A stretch of 64,000 nt of DNA from positions 64,001 through 128,000 of the forward strand of contig CAVWBU010000027.1 of assembly GCA_963753345.1 (NCBI GenBank), given 5' to 3'. The stretch comes from an uncultured Fibrobacterota bacterium. GTDB lineage: Bacteria; Fibrobacterota; Chitinivibrionia; Chitinivibrionales; FEN-1185. This document shows, piece after piece, positions 19,862 to 29,807 of this stretch (position 1 is its first letter; each line of letters begins with the position of its first letter). The translations under genes and the position numbers were made by a program. The notes beneath the pieces are model-generated. The model saw nothing but the letters and a program-made list of their open reading frames with translations. It was not told the origin of the DNA and made no database searches.

Positions 19862-21172
19862 ATGCAGATTTCCTTCCGCGACAGGCGCGCCGAAACCATT
19901 GACAAAGACACCCTTCGGCGTGAACAGCTTGGCCGCCTGCAGAAGACCGTCGACCACGCGCTCGCCACCCCGTTTTACAAAGAGAAACTCAGGGCGGCCG
20001 GCATCGCTTCCGGCAGCGACATAAAAAGTCTCGCCAATACGGCGCGGCTGCCGTTTACCACCAAGAACGATTTACGCGACGCGTATCCGCGCAAACACCT
20101 CGCCGTTCCCATGGACTCGGTGGTGCGCATTCACATGTCAAGCGGCACCACCGGCATTCCCACGGTGATCTATCACACGCAGGCCGACATCGACGACTGG
20201 ACCGAACTGGTGGCACGGTCCGTGGTGTGCGCCGGGTGCGGCCCCGCAGACATCTTTCAGAACATGATGACCTACGGCCTGTTCACGGGCGGGCTCGGCC
20301 TTCACTACGGCGCCGAAAGGGCGGGCCTCACCGTCATCCCGTCGAGTTCCGGCAACACCAAGCGCCAGATATGGCTCATGAAGGAGTTCGGCACCACCGT
20401 GGTGCACGCAACGCCGAGCTACATGCTTCACATTAATTCCGAGATTGTCAGGGAGGGGGTGTCCCTTTCGGACCTGAAGCTCGCGCGGGCTTTTCTGGGT
20501 GCCGAGCCGTATTCGGAAAACACGCGGAGAAAGATCGAGGACCTGTTCCGGATCGAGGCCTACAATTCCTACGGGTTGAGCGAGATGAACGGCCCCGGCG
20601 TCGCTTTCGAGTGCGTTTACAAGTGCGGCATGCACGTGTGGGAGGATTCGTACATCGTGGAGGTGATCGATCCGGACACCCTGGAAACGCGCCGCGACGG
20701 GGAGGAGGGCGAGCTCGTCTTCACCACGCTCAAGCGCGAGGCCACGCCGCTTCTCCGGTACCGCACGCGCGATCTGTCGAAAATTATCGAAGGGCCCTGC
20801 GCGTGCGGCAGGACGCACCGCAGGATGGACCGCATCAAGGCCCGCACCGACGACATGCTCATCATCAACGGCGTGAACGTGTTCCCCTCGCAGATCGAGG
20901 AGGCGCTCATGAACATGCCGGAGATGGGCACCAACTACCAGATTGTTGTTGACAAGAAAGAGTCTCTTGACAAGCTCACGATCAAGACCGAGGTGCGGCC
21001 GGACCTCTTCAAGGACGATATGCGTGCCTTGGATTCATTGAAGAAACGTATTGGCGACACCATCAAATCACAGCTGCTTGTCAATCCCGCCATCGAACTC
21101 CACGAGCCGGGCATGCTGCCGGTGTACGAGGGAAAGGCGAAACGGGTATTTGACAACAGACCGCCCTTGTAG
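19862..21172 (+). CDS. paaK: Phenylacetate--CoA ligase family protein
   Basis: [50 protein letters not shown]. Confidence 0.93.
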   Translation: MQISFRDRRAETIDKDTLRREQLGRLQKTVDHALATPFYKEKLRAAGIASGSDIKSLANTARLPFTTKNDLRDAYPRKHLAVPMDSVVRIHMSSGTTGIPTVIYHTQADIDDWTELVARSVVCAGCGPADIFQNMMTYGLFTGGLGLHYGAERAGLTVIPSSSGNTKRQIWLMKEFGTTVVHATPSYMLHINSEIVREGVSLSDLKLARAFLGAEPYSENTRRKIEDLFRIEAYNSYGLSEMNGPGVAFECVYKCGMHVWEDSYIVEVIDPDTLETRRDGEEGELVFTTLKREATPLLRYRTRDLSKIIEGPCACGRTHRRMDRIKARTDDMLIINGVNVFPSQIEEALMNMPEMGTNYQIVVDKKESLDKLTIKTEVRPDLFKDDMRALDSLKKRIGDTIKSQLLVNPAIELHEPGMLPVYEGKAKRVFDNRPPL

Positions 21173-21209
21173 AAGTCGCTGTTGATGTTCCATGCAGGCC
21201 GGGAAACTT

Positions 21210-21227
21210 GGGTGATTTTTTTCACGC
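21210..21227. promoter_or_regulatory. Putative Rex/CRP-type palindrome
   Basis: GG-GTGA-TTTTTT-TCAC-GC about 100 nt upstream of the barrel gene. Confidence 0.45.
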
Positions 21228-21326
21228 AGCGCGGCACTTCATTTATTATATTTTTTCGAGCCTCATCAGAATCCGACAATTGCCCATTTGAAAAGACCGT
21301 CACCATTTTACCATGAGGGAGGTTGC

Positions 21327-22781
21327 ATGCGTACGATGTGTTCGCTGTTATGTGTGTTGTTCGTGAGCGCTTTGGTCTTGGCGGCCGATACGACGGCGGT
21401 GAAGTCGCCGTCCGCGGCTCCGGCGCCGAAGGCTGCTCCTGCACCGGTAAAAGCCGCGCCTGCGCCCGCTGCCGCCGAGGCTCCGGCTCCTGCGCCCGCT
21501 CCTGCACCGGCGCCCGCTGCAGAAGCTCCTGCGCCGGCTCCTGCGCCTGCGGCGGAAGCTCCGGCTCCTGCCCCGGCTGTCAAGCCCGTGGAAGCCCCGG
21601 CAAAGGTTTGCGCTGCGCCGGCAAGTCCGCTTCTCACGTGGGGCGGCTTGGCCATGCTCAGGCTCAGGGACGAGATTGTCACCAACTACCAGGCTGACGG
21701 AAAAACAGCGGAAGACGCGAACTTTTCCTACCAGATAGCCTACCACCTTGGCGTAAAGGCGAAGCCGAACGACCAGGTGATGCTGCAGTTTGATATCGGC
21801 AACGACTGGTACGCCACCGAGGAGGTCGAAGGTCTTCCCGGCAATTACTGGACAAAGAGGAACCCGATGACCCCGTGGTTCGATCTTGCCTATGCCCAGT
21901 GGGACCCGGGTTTCATGCATGTTCAGGCGGGTATCATTCCCGTGCGCGGAACGCCGCTTATGGACCTGCTCGGCGTCTCGATTTTCCTCAACAGGAATTA
22001 CCAGAAAGCTGCCCATATTCCGTGGGGAGTGGTCACCAATTTCAGCCAGACCGGGTTGCGTCTTGGGGCGCCTATTGTCAAAGGAGATTTTTCACTCGGC
22101 GTAGACGCCATGTCCACGGTCATCGAAATGCGGAAGGTGCCCACAAAAGCGGATACCTTCAATCTCAATCCGATAGCGGTGGAATTCGAATTGGAAGCGC
22201 CGCTCTCGGTCGGCGGATTTACGGCGGCACCGCAGGCCTTTATCATTCCCAACCGCAGTTACAATCTTAAGAGCGGCGCAAGCGATCTGGAATTCGGCGC
22301 TGGCTTCGATGCCGGGTACAAAGTCAATCCCGGTATCACCCTAAGGGCGGGGTTCGGTTATGCACGGACATCCAACAGGAATTCGTATAAGAACTCCGAC
22401 GGCAGCTACAACACCTTTTTTGACACCTACGGCGATCCCTTCAACATCACTTCGAAGACCGATACGGTCAACAAGGTTGTTGACAGTGTGGAATTCGACC
22501 GCTGGGGAACCAATCTGAACGTCGGTACCACCGTTGTGCTGGGGCCGGGCAAACTTGATTTTGATTTCAATCTGAGCAACCAGCAGAACGCGTACAACAA
22601 GAATATCGACGACTGGTATCCTTTCTTCGACCTGAAGTACGGCTGGGCGCTCAACAAGAACTTCATCGTCATGCCGCGGGTCAGGTTGTTCTTCACCGAG
22701 CCCAAAGCGGCGGTGGGCGGCATTACCTACAACAACATGCTCACCACGAGACCGGAGATTATCTTTACGGGCGTGTTCTGA
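21327..22781 (+). CDS. Putative outer-membrane beta-barrel protein with N-terminal Ala/Pro-rich linker
   Basis: GGAGG RBS; signal peptide; about 70-aa AP repeat; alternating beta-strand patterns; C-terminal IIFTGVF (terminal Phe). Confidence 0.75.
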   Translation: MRTMCSLLCVLFVSALVLAADTTAVKSPSAAPAPKAAPAPVKAAPAPAAAEAPAPAPAPAPAPAAEAPAPAPAPAAEAPAPAPAVKPVEAPAKVCAAPASPLLTWGGLAMLRLRDEIVTNYQADGKTAEDANFSYQIAYHLGVKAKPNDQVMLQFDIGNDWYATEEVEGLPGNYWTKRNPMTPWFDLAYAQWDPGFMHVQAGIIPVRGTPLMDLLGVSIFLNRNYQKAAHIPWGVVTNFSQTGLRLGAPIVKGDFSLGVDAMSTVIEMRKVPTKADTFNLNPIAVEFELEAPLSVGGFTAAPQAFIIPNRSYNLKSGASDLEFGAGFDAGYKVNPGITLRAGFGYARTSNRNSYKNSDGSYNTFFDTYGDPFNITSKTDTVNKVVDSVEFDRWGTNLNVGTTVVLGPGKLDFDFNLSNQQNAYNKNIDDWYPFFDLKYGWALNKNFIVMPRVRLFFTEPKAAVGGITYNNMLTTRPEIIFTGVF

Positions 22782-22807
22782 GAAATTAGAAAGAGTTGTG
22801 TTTGACG

Positions 22808-22845
22808 GACGGGAGGGGACGCGAGGTTCCTTCCCGTTCTGTTTT
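22808..22845 (+). terminator. Intrinsic terminator
   Basis: ACGGGAGGGGAC-gcgag-GTTCCTTCCCGT followed by a T-rich tract. Confidence 0.7.
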
Positions 22846-22890
22846 CTCGCAGAGATCGCCACGGGGAACATCTTTGGCGAAAGGTCCCCT

Positions 22891-24204
22891 TTACCTCTTC
22901 CTTTTATCCACCACCAGCGGCTGTTTCTTCCCCCGTGCCTCGTTCTGCAGCCTTCCTTCCTCGACGAACGTCACCGTCGCATTGACGCCGAGTACGCTTT
23001 GCAGACGCTCGATGACGGTCTTCCTGAGTTTTTCGAGCGCCTTGATCTCGTCGATGCAGTCGCTTTCTCCCGACACGGCCACGCCCACTTCCATGGTGTC
23101 AACGTCATCTTTCGTGGCAAGGACAATCCTGCACAGGGGAGCGATGCCCTGCACGCCGAGCACGGTCTCGAACACCTGGCTGGGGAAGATCTTGACACCC
23201 TGGATCGCGATCATGTCGTCGGTGCGGCCGGCCACGCGGCTCATGCGCGCAAACGTACGGCCGCACGCGCAGGTACCGGGGAGAAGACGCGCGCGGTCGC
23301 CGGTGCGGTAGCGGATGAGCGGGAACGCCTCTTTGGTTATGGTGGTAAAGACGAGCTCGCCCTCTTCACCCTCCGGGAGCGGCTCCATGGTCACGGGGTT
23401 GACGATTTCCACGATGAAATGGTCTTCGCTTATGTGAAGGCCGGTGCGTTTTTCACATTCGCCCGAGACTCCCGGGCCCATCACCTCGCTCATGCCGTAC
23501 GAATCGTACGCGGTGATGCGGAACGTTTCTTCGAGTTCCCTGCGCACCGATTCGCTCCACGGCTCGGAGCCGAAGATGCCCCGCTTGAGGTGCAACTGTT
23601 CCGGGCGCACGCCCATGGAGGTCATGGCGCGCGCCAGGGCAAGCGCGGTTGACGGAGCGCAAATGAGCGCCGAGGTCATAAAGTCCTTCATGATGGTAAC
23701 CTGGTCGCGCAGGTTGCCGTGCGTGGATGCCGGAATCACCGACGCGCCCAGGTGTTCCGCGCCGAAATGAAATCCCAGTCCACCCGTGAACAGGGAATAG
23801 GAAAAACCGATCTGCACCACGTCGTGCTCGGTTATTCCGGTCCATGCGAGTTGCCGTGCCACCAGCGCCGACCAGTGCAGAATGTCGTTCTTCGAATATC
23901 CAACCACAATGGGCTTGCCCGTGGTGCCCGAACTTGCGTGGATCCTTACGATATCGCGGAGGGGAAGGGCGAACATGTCGTAGGGGTAGCTCGTGCGCAG
24001 GTCTTCCTTGGTGGTAAACGGCAGGCGCCGCATGTCCCCCAGGGACCGGATGCTTTCTATAACGACCTTATTCGCATCGAGCGCATGCTTGTAGAACGCG
24101 ACGTTGCGGTAGACGCGGTTAAGCGTCACCTGCAGTTTCTCGATCTGCAACTGCGAGAGATCGTCACGGGACATGGTTTCGAATTGCTGAATGTCTGTCA
24201 TCAT
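22891..24204 (-). CDS. paaK: Phenylacetate--CoA ligase family protein
   Basis: [31 protein letters not shown]. Confidence 0.92.
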   Translation of the reverse strand: MMTDIQQFETMSRDDLSQLQIEKLQVTLNRVYRNVAFYKHALDANKVVIESIRSLGDMRRLPFTTKEDLRTSYPYDMFALPLRDIVRIHASSGTTGKPIVVGYSKNDILHWSALVARQLAWTGITEHDVVQIGFSYSLFTGGLGFHFGAEHLGASVIPASTHGNLRDQVTIMKDFMTSALICAPSTALALARAMTSMGVRPEQLHLKRGIFGSEPWSESVRRELEETFRITAYDSYGMSEVMGPGVSGECEKRTGLHISEDHFIVEIVNPVTMEPLPEGEEGELVFTTITKEAFPLIRYRTGDRARLLPGTCACGRTFARMSRVAGRTDDMIAIQGVKIFPSQVFETVLGVQGIAPLCRIVLATKDDVDTMEVGVAVSGESDCIDEIKALEKLRKTVIERLQSVLGVNATVTFVEEGRLQNEARGKKQPLVVDKRKR

Positions 24205-24243
24205 TGATAACCTCCGGAGTAACGCGGCAAACTGCCGCGAATG

Positions 24244-24978
24244 CTATTCGTTGATTTCCCGGTAATCCTTTCCCAGATACGCGCGCTGCACGTCGGTGTT
24301 GTTGAGCAGTTCCTGTGCCGTGCCTTCAAGAACGATGGAGCCGGTCTCCATAACGTACCCGCGGTCGGCGATGGCGAGGACGGCCTTCGAATTCTGTTCC
24401 ACCACGAGCACGGTCCTCCCGGCGTCGCGCATGGCCTTGACAGCAGCGAAAATGCCCTTCACCACGATCGGCGCCAGCCCCATGGACGGCTCGTCGAGCA
24501 TGATGAACGACGGCGCGGCCATGAGCGCCCGTCCTATGGCGAGCATCTGCTGCTCGCCGCCCGACAGGGTCCCCGCGAGCTGGTCGAGACGCCGCTCGAG
24601 CAGCGGAAAAAGGCCGAAGACGCGGGCCAACTCGTTCTTGACGGACGCTCCCTGGCGCTTGCGGAACCGTGTGTATGCGCCGAGCGCAAGATTTTCGTCC
24701 ACGGTCATTGTCGCAAACAGGTGCCTGCCTTCGGGCACGAGCGCGCATCCGCGCGAAACCACAAGGTGCGCCGGCAGCCCGCAAATGGGTTCGCCGCCAA
24801 AGACAATGTCGCCGGACCATGCGCGGATAACGCCCGCTATGGTTTTGAGCAGCGTGGTCTTGCCCGCGCCGTTTGCGCCGATGATGCCCACGATTTCGCC
24901 CGGCCGCACATGCAGCGAAACGCTTTTGAGTACGCGGAGGTTGCCGTATCCGGATTCAAGACTTCTTATTCTAACCAT
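24244..24978 (-). CDS. livF: Branched-chain amino acid-type ABC ATP-binding protein (LivF-like)
   Basis: GANGAGKTT, VPEGR, LSGGEQQML, LDEPSMGLAP, VEQN, RAYLG. Confidence 0.93.
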   Translation of the reverse strand: MVRIRSLESGYGNLRVLKSVSLHVRPGEIVGIIGANGAGKTTLLKTIAGVIRAWSGDIVFGGEPICGLPAHLVVSRGCALVPEGRHLFATMTVDENLALGAYTRFRKRQGASVKNELARVFGLFPLLERRLDQLAGTLSGGEQQMLAIGRALMAAPSFIMLDEPSMGLAPIVVKGIFAAVKAMRDAGRTVLVVEQNSKAVLAIADRGYVMETGSIVLEGTAQELLNNTDVQRAYLGKDYREINE

Positions 24979-25734
24979 CGGCGTCCCCCAGATACACCCT
25001 GACCACCTCGGGATCTTTCTGCACGTCGCGCGGTTTTCCCTGCGCAATAAGCTGGCCGAACGAGAGGACGCAGATGTCGTCGGACACGTTCATCACAAGC
25101 GACATGTCGTGTTCCACAAGCAGGATGGTGATGCCCCGGTCGCGGATGGCAAGGATGGTCTCGCCGAGTTTTTCGGTTTCCTTCATCGTAAGTCCGGCGG
25201 CCGGTTCGTCGAGCAGCAGCAGTTCGGGTTCGCCTGCAAGGGCACGGGCAAGCTCAACGCTTCGCTGCTGGCCGAAGGAAAGGCTCTGCGAGTCGGCGAA
25301 CGCCAGGTGCGCCGCACCGAGCATGTCGAGCACTTCAAGCGAGCGTTCGCGTATGCGGTTGTCCTCTTTACAAGAATAAGGAAGGGAAAGCATTCCTGAT
25401 GCCATGCCTGCGCTGCTTTTGGTGTGCATGCCCACCATCACGTTCTCCAGAACGTTCATTTTTGCAAACAGCTTGATATTCTGGAAGGTGCGGAGAATAC
25501 CAAGGGAGGCTATGAAGTGAGATGCACGGTTTTGAATCGGGTTTCTTTGAAAAGTATAGTCCCGGAATCAGCCCGAAGCGCACCTGAAACTAAATTGAAA
25601 AGCGTAGTCTTGCCGGCGCCGTTGGGGCCGATAAGGCCCTTGATCTGGCCTTTGTCAACGGCAAAGCTCACATCATTGACGGCATGCAGGCCGCCGAAGG
25701 AGCGGTGAAGATGGGAAATGGCGAGTAATGGCAT
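24971..25734 (-). CDS. livG: LivG-like ABC ATP-binding protein (one frameshift near 25545)
   Basis: [16 protein letters not shown] in one frame; RTFQN, LDEPAAG, EHDM, VYLG in the next. Confidence 0.88.
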
Positions 25735-25740
25735 GATGGA

Positions 25741-25788
25741 AAGCGACAAAGTTACAAAGTGACAAAGATACAAAGTGAAAAGATGACA
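25741..25788. repeat. 8-nt tandem repeat (AAGTGACA-like x6)
   Basis: aagcgaca aagttaca aagtgaca aagataca aagtgaaa agatgaca. Confidence 0.7.
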
Positions 25789-25812
25789 GGTCTTTATCTC
25801 CAAATCCTATTC

Positions 25813-26934
25813 CTATTTGTGTTCTTGATGCCTCTGGGGTGCGTCTTTGTTTTCCCTCTCCGGGTTTCGTTTCATCAAACTTCTGATCTTTTTCCCCAGC
25901 TCCTTAAGCTGACCGGGTTTTACCAGTATCCCGTTCGGGGCGAACAGCATGACGGCAACGAGAATTGCGCCGAACACGGCCTCGTCGTAGGAGCCGAAAT
26001 ACCCGCGCAGGGAAAGAAAATTGAGGATCACGCTTGCCGCAATCGCTCCCCACAGGTTTGCCATGCCGCCGACCGCCACAATGGCAACATACCGGATCGA
26101 TTTCATGATTGACGCTTCGGAAGGTCCGATGCCGCCGTTATAATGGGTGAGAAACACGCCCGCCACCGATGCGAACACGGCGCTCAACACGAAGAGTCCC
26201 AGCTTATACCGCGCGGCGTTCACGCCCATGGCCGAGGCCGCGTCTTCGTTGCCGTGAATGGCGCGCAGCGCCCTGCCGGCCCGCGAATCCACCAGGTTGT
26301 GCATGAGAAGGGCCGCGCCGCACACCATGAACCACGCCATGTAGTAGCCGGTGACCCGGTCGGCAATTTTGCCGGATATGGTGAGTCCCTTTACAAGCGT
26401 GAAGGCCGGAACGCCCGAAAGTCCGTCGGCGCCGCCGAACACCCTGGTGCCAAGCACCAGTTTGTAAATGATGGAGCCGAACCCGAGCGTCGCCATGGCG
26501 AGATAATGGCCCTTCAGGCGCAGCACCGGCATGCCGATGAGGACTGCGATGACCGCGGTGACGAGGACGGCAGCGGCGAAGGCCAGCCAGGGGTTGCAAC
26601 GGGCGACGTCCGATCCGTACAAGTCCTTACCAAATGTGAGGAATCCTGTTTTGACAAAAAGGGCGCCCAATCCGCTGTGCGCCGCCGTTGAAAAGTCGGC
26701 GGTGGTGAGCGCAGCGGACACATAGCCGCCAATGGCGAAGAAGCCCGCATGGCCCAGGGAAATCTGGCCTGCGTAGCCCATGAGCATGCACAACCCGATG
26801 ACGACCACCGTGTAGCAGGCCGCCATGGTGAGCTGGGTGAGATAGAACGTCTGTCCCAGAAGCGTTACAAGCACCTGGACCGCAACGACCAGGCCGGCGA
26901 TGATAAGGATGGGGAGGATGCGTCGGAGGTTCAT
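25813..26934 (-). CDS. livM: LivM-like ABC permease
   Basis: GYAGQISLGHAGF, LRLKGHYLAMATLGF, GRALRAI. Confidence 0.92.
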   Translation of the reverse strand: MNLRRILPILIIAGLVVAVQVLVTLLGQTFYLTQLTMAACYTVVVIGLCMLMGYAGQISLGHAGFFAIGGYVSAALTTADFSTAAHSGLGALFVKTGFLTFGKDLYGSDVARCNPWLAFAAAVLVTAVIAVLIGMPVLRLKGHYLAMATLGFGSIIYKLVLGTRVFGGADGLSGVPAFTLVKGLTISGKIADRVTGYYMAWFMVCGAALLMHNLVDSRAGRALRAIHGNEDAASAMGVNAARYKLGLFVLSAVFASVAGVFLTHYNGGIGPSEASIMKSIRYVAIVAVGGMANLWGAIAASVILNFLSLRGYFGSYDEAVFGAILVAVMLFAPNGILVKPGQLKELGKKIRSLMKRNPERENKDAPQRHQEHK

Positions 26935-26944
26935 GCGGTTTGCT

Positions 26945-27835
26945 TCAGAATTCCTTGAGTGCGCCTACCTCTTTGCTTCCAAAAAGGCCTGCGGGTTTGA
27001 AAAAGAGAATAGCCAGCAGTATGCCTATGGCTACCACGTCCTTGTAGGCCACGGGCAGCACGCTGATGCTGAACGCCTCGATAACACCGAGAAGCAGCCC
27101 GGCCGCAACTGCAGCGCTGCTGTTTCCAAGGCCCCCCAGAATCGCCACGGTAAATCCCTTGATCGCCAATGGCGTGCCGCATTCGTACTGCGTTTGGGTG
27201 AGCGGCGAGATCACGCAGCCAGCGAGCGCGCCGATCGCCGCGCTCAGCATGAACGACAGGGTGACCATGTTCTTCACGTTGATGCCGCATAAGACCGCGG
27301 CCATCCGATTGGCGGAGCAGGCGCGCATGGAGCGGCCGGCGAGCGTGTACCGGAAGAACAGCGAGAGGCCTGCCACCATCGCCCCGCATACGCCGAGAAC
27401 CCACAGCACCTGCGGCGATATGTGCGCGCCGAGGATAGCAATCGACGAGCACTCGTTCCCGGAAAAGTAGTGAAGGGCCCGGACCTTTTCGTCCCAGATG
27501 TGAAGCGCCGCTTCACGGATGAGAATCGAAACGCCGATCGTAATGATGATCATGCGCAGCACCGACGGGTGCGAAAGCCACCTGATAAACGTAAGTTCCA
27601 CGAGCGCGCCGACAACCGCCGTGATGGCAACAGCGCAGGCGATGGCGGCGGGAAGCGGCATCACGGCCGACAGGGAAACCGCAATCATGCCGCCGAGCAT
27701 CACGAACTCGCCCTGTGCGAAATTGATGATGCCCGTGGTGTTGTAGATGATGTTGAAGCCGATTGCAACGATTGCGTAAATGCTGCCGCTGGTGATGCCG
27801 GAAAGAAGATATTGCAGAAAGAGTTCGAAGGACAT
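26945..27835 (-). CDS. livH: LivH-like ABC permease
   Basis: GSIYAIVAIGF, GIINFAQGEF, KGFTVAILGGLG, KPAGLFG. Confidence 0.92.
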   Translation of the reverse strand: MSFELFLQYLLSGITSGSIYAIVAIGFNIIYNTTGIINFAQGEFVMLGGMIAVSLSAVMPLPAAIACAVAITAVVGALVELTFIRWLSHPSVLRMIIITIGVSILIREAALHIWDEKVRALHYFSGNECSSIAILGAHISPQVLWVLGVCGAMVAGLSLFFRYTLAGRSMRACSANRMAAVLCGINVKNMVTLSFMLSAAIGALAGCVISPLTQTQYECGTPLAIKGFTVAILGGLGNSSAAVAAGLLLGVIEAFSISVLPVAYKDVVAIGILLAILFFKPAGLFGSKEVGALKEF

Positions 27836-27871
27836 TGCTTGCTCATGCAATTTGAAATGATGACATAGAAA

Positions 27872-28019
27872 ACCCCTCTCCTGTGGGAGAGGGGCGGCCA
27901 TAGGCCGGGGTGAGGTTCGTTGGGCAACGCGACCTCATTCCCCTTGCCCCCTTCTTACCTCTCCGGGTACTTCCCCCTCGTCAGGGATTCCCAAGGGTCA
28001 CCCACCGGGAGAAGGGGGA
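27872..28019. repeat. REP-like palindromic intergenic element
   Basis: CCCCTCTCC-tgtg-GGAGAGGGG hairpin, GGGGTGAGG...CCTCATTCCCC, CCCCTTCT...AGAAGGGG, between livK and livH. Confidence 0.6.
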
Positions 28020-28034
28020 AGAAATATTCTCCGA

Positions 28035-29264
28035 TCAGTTCCCGTAGACGGTGAACTTTCCGCCTTTTACCGTGAGCATCTCAAATGCGTTGATGTCAAG
28101 CCCGTTGTGGTCGGTCGCCGAGAAATTGAAAATGCCGGCGGTTCCTACGAACCCTTTCAGGTTTTCGATGGCCTCGCGCACTTTTTCCTTGTCCGTGCCT
28201 GCGGTCTCAATCGCCTTTACAAGGATGGTGATTGCATCATATGCGTGGCCGCCGAACGTGCTCACGTCTTCCTTGTATTTCGATTCGTAATCGGCCTTGT
28301 ATTTTTCGAGCAGCGCCTTCTGCGGGTTGTCCTTTGCAAGCACGTCCGCAACGAGGAGCCTGCCGGCCGGGAAGATAATGCCTTCCGCCGCCTCGCCCGC
28401 GGCCTGCACGTACTTGATGTTGCCGAAACCGTGGCTCTGGAAAAGCGGGAACTTCAGGCCGAGCTGCTTCATGTTCTTGGCAAGAAGCGCCTGTGCGGGT
28501 TCGATGGACCAGTTGACGATCGCGCCCGGATTCGCCGCCTTGACTTTGGTGAGCACGGCGGTGAGGTCGGTGGCATCTTTCTCGTACACTTCGTTTGCGA
28601 CGATGGTGATCTTGTATTCGGGTGCGATTTTTTCAAGCTGTTCCTTGCCGGCCTTGCCGAAACCGGTGTTGCTTGACGTAACGGCGATCTTATCGATCTT
28701 GAGCTTGTTGAGCGCCATGAAGATCTTGCGGGCGGCGTCGCTGTCCTTCTGCGGGGTCTTGAACACCCACTTGGCAAGCGGGTTGACAATCGCTTCCGCG
28801 GCGGCGCAGGAAATGAGAAGGGTCTTGTTCTCGTCGCAGAGTGCCTTAATCTGCATGGTTTCGCCCGTGGTGGAGGGCCCGATGATGGCGAACACCTTCT
28901 CCTCCTCGATCAGCTGCTTTGCAAACGAGACTGCGTTCTCCGGCTTGCCCTGTGAGTCCTTGATGACGAGGACCAGCTTCTGTCCCTTGATCCCGCCCTT
29001 TGCGTTGATCTCGTCGACAACCATCTGGGCGGTTCTTTCTTCGGGAGCGCCCAAGTTCGCGGCCGGGCCTGTCACGGCAAAGATCGCGCCTATCTTAATG
29101 GGCTCGGCTGCTTTTGCCGGAGCGGCGACCGGGGCGGGAGAGGCAGCGGGAGTGGGAGCAGGAGCTGGCGAGGCCTTTGTGTCCTTGGCGCCTCCTGCTG
29201 CGGAAAGATTCAATGCACTCACCAAGAATGCAGCGCAGCAAAGCGCTCCTATGCGTCTGGTCAT
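28035..29264 (-). CDS. livK: LivK-like ABC substrate-binding protein
   Basis: Signal peptide; IKIGAIFAVTGPAA, INAKGGIKG, HAYDA; AAGGAGG RBS. Confidence 0.92.
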   Translation of the reverse strand: MTRRIGALCCAAFLVSALNLSAAGGAKDTKASPAPAPTPAASPAPVAAPAKAAEPIKIGAIFAVTGPAANLGAPEERTAQMVVDEINAKGGIKGQKLVLVIKDSQGKPENAVSFAKQLIEEEKVFAIIGPSTTGETMQIKALCDENKTLLISCAAAEAIVNPLAKWVFKTPQKDSDAARKIFMALNKLKIDKIAVTSSNTGFGKAGKEQLEKIAPEYKITIVANEVYEKDATDLTAVLTKVKAANPGAIVNWSIEPAQALLAKNMKQLGLKFPLFQSHGFGNIKYVQAAGEAAEGIIFPAGRLLVADVLAKDNPQKALLEKYKADYESKYKEDVSTFGGHAYDAITILVKAIETAGTDKEKVREAIENLKGFVGTAGIFNFSATDHNGLDINAFEMLTVKGGKFTVYGN

Positions 29265-29357
29265 TCTGAACCTCCTTGCGGTGACAGGTGAAAAGGGCTG
29301 TTGTCTTGGGTGTTTTCAACAAGTAGTGCACCCGGCGCTTCTTCTCCGAAACGCCGG

Positions 29358-29795
29358 TCAGATTTTCTTCACTTCATCGTCGGAAAGAAGCTTGTAGCCT
29401 TTCTTGGCGAGCGCCTCGATGGCCTTGTCCCCATTTTCGAAACGCAAGAACAGGATGGCCTTATTGGAATACTGCTCGACAAACGAGTAAGTGTACTCGA
29501 TGTTGAGGCCGTTTGTGTCGCACAGGCTCATGATGTCGTAGAATATGCCTTCGCGGTCGTCGATTTCGACGGCAATCACCGTGTTGATCTTAACGGTGAA
29601 GCCGGCCTTCTTAAGCACGTCGTTGGCAAGCTCGGGCTTGTTGACGATCATTCGCAGGATGCCGAAGTCCGAGGTGTCGGCAATGGTGAGCGCGCGGATA
29701 TTTATCTTGTTGTCCCTGAGGACCATTGCGACATTCGCAAGCCGGCCTGGTTTGTTTTCAAGAAAAACCGAAATCTGCTGTATGTTCATCGGCAT
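29358..29795 (-). CDS. Tandem ACT-domain protein
   Basis: QISVFLENKPGRL, INIRALTIADTSDFGILR, NIEYTY; typical paaK neighbour. Confidence 0.9.
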   Translation of the reverse strand: MPMNIQQISVFLENKPGRLANVAMVLRDNKINIRALTIADTSDFGILRMIVNKPELANDVLKKAGFTVKINTVIAVEIDDREGIFYDIMSLCDTNGLNIEYTYSFVEQYSNKAILFLRFENGDKAIEALAKKGYKLLSDDEVKKI

Positions 29796-29807
29796 TCTCC
29801 TTTTGTG

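Noticed and set aside
21400-21620. Repeat array that could be mistaken for CRISPR or a VNTR
   Set aside because: Coding Ala/Pro linker with no constant repeat-unique spacer structure.
25500-25560. Programmed frameshift in livG or other split genes
   Set aside because: No consistent slippery heptamer or stimulatory structure; scattered indels are better explained by sequencing error.
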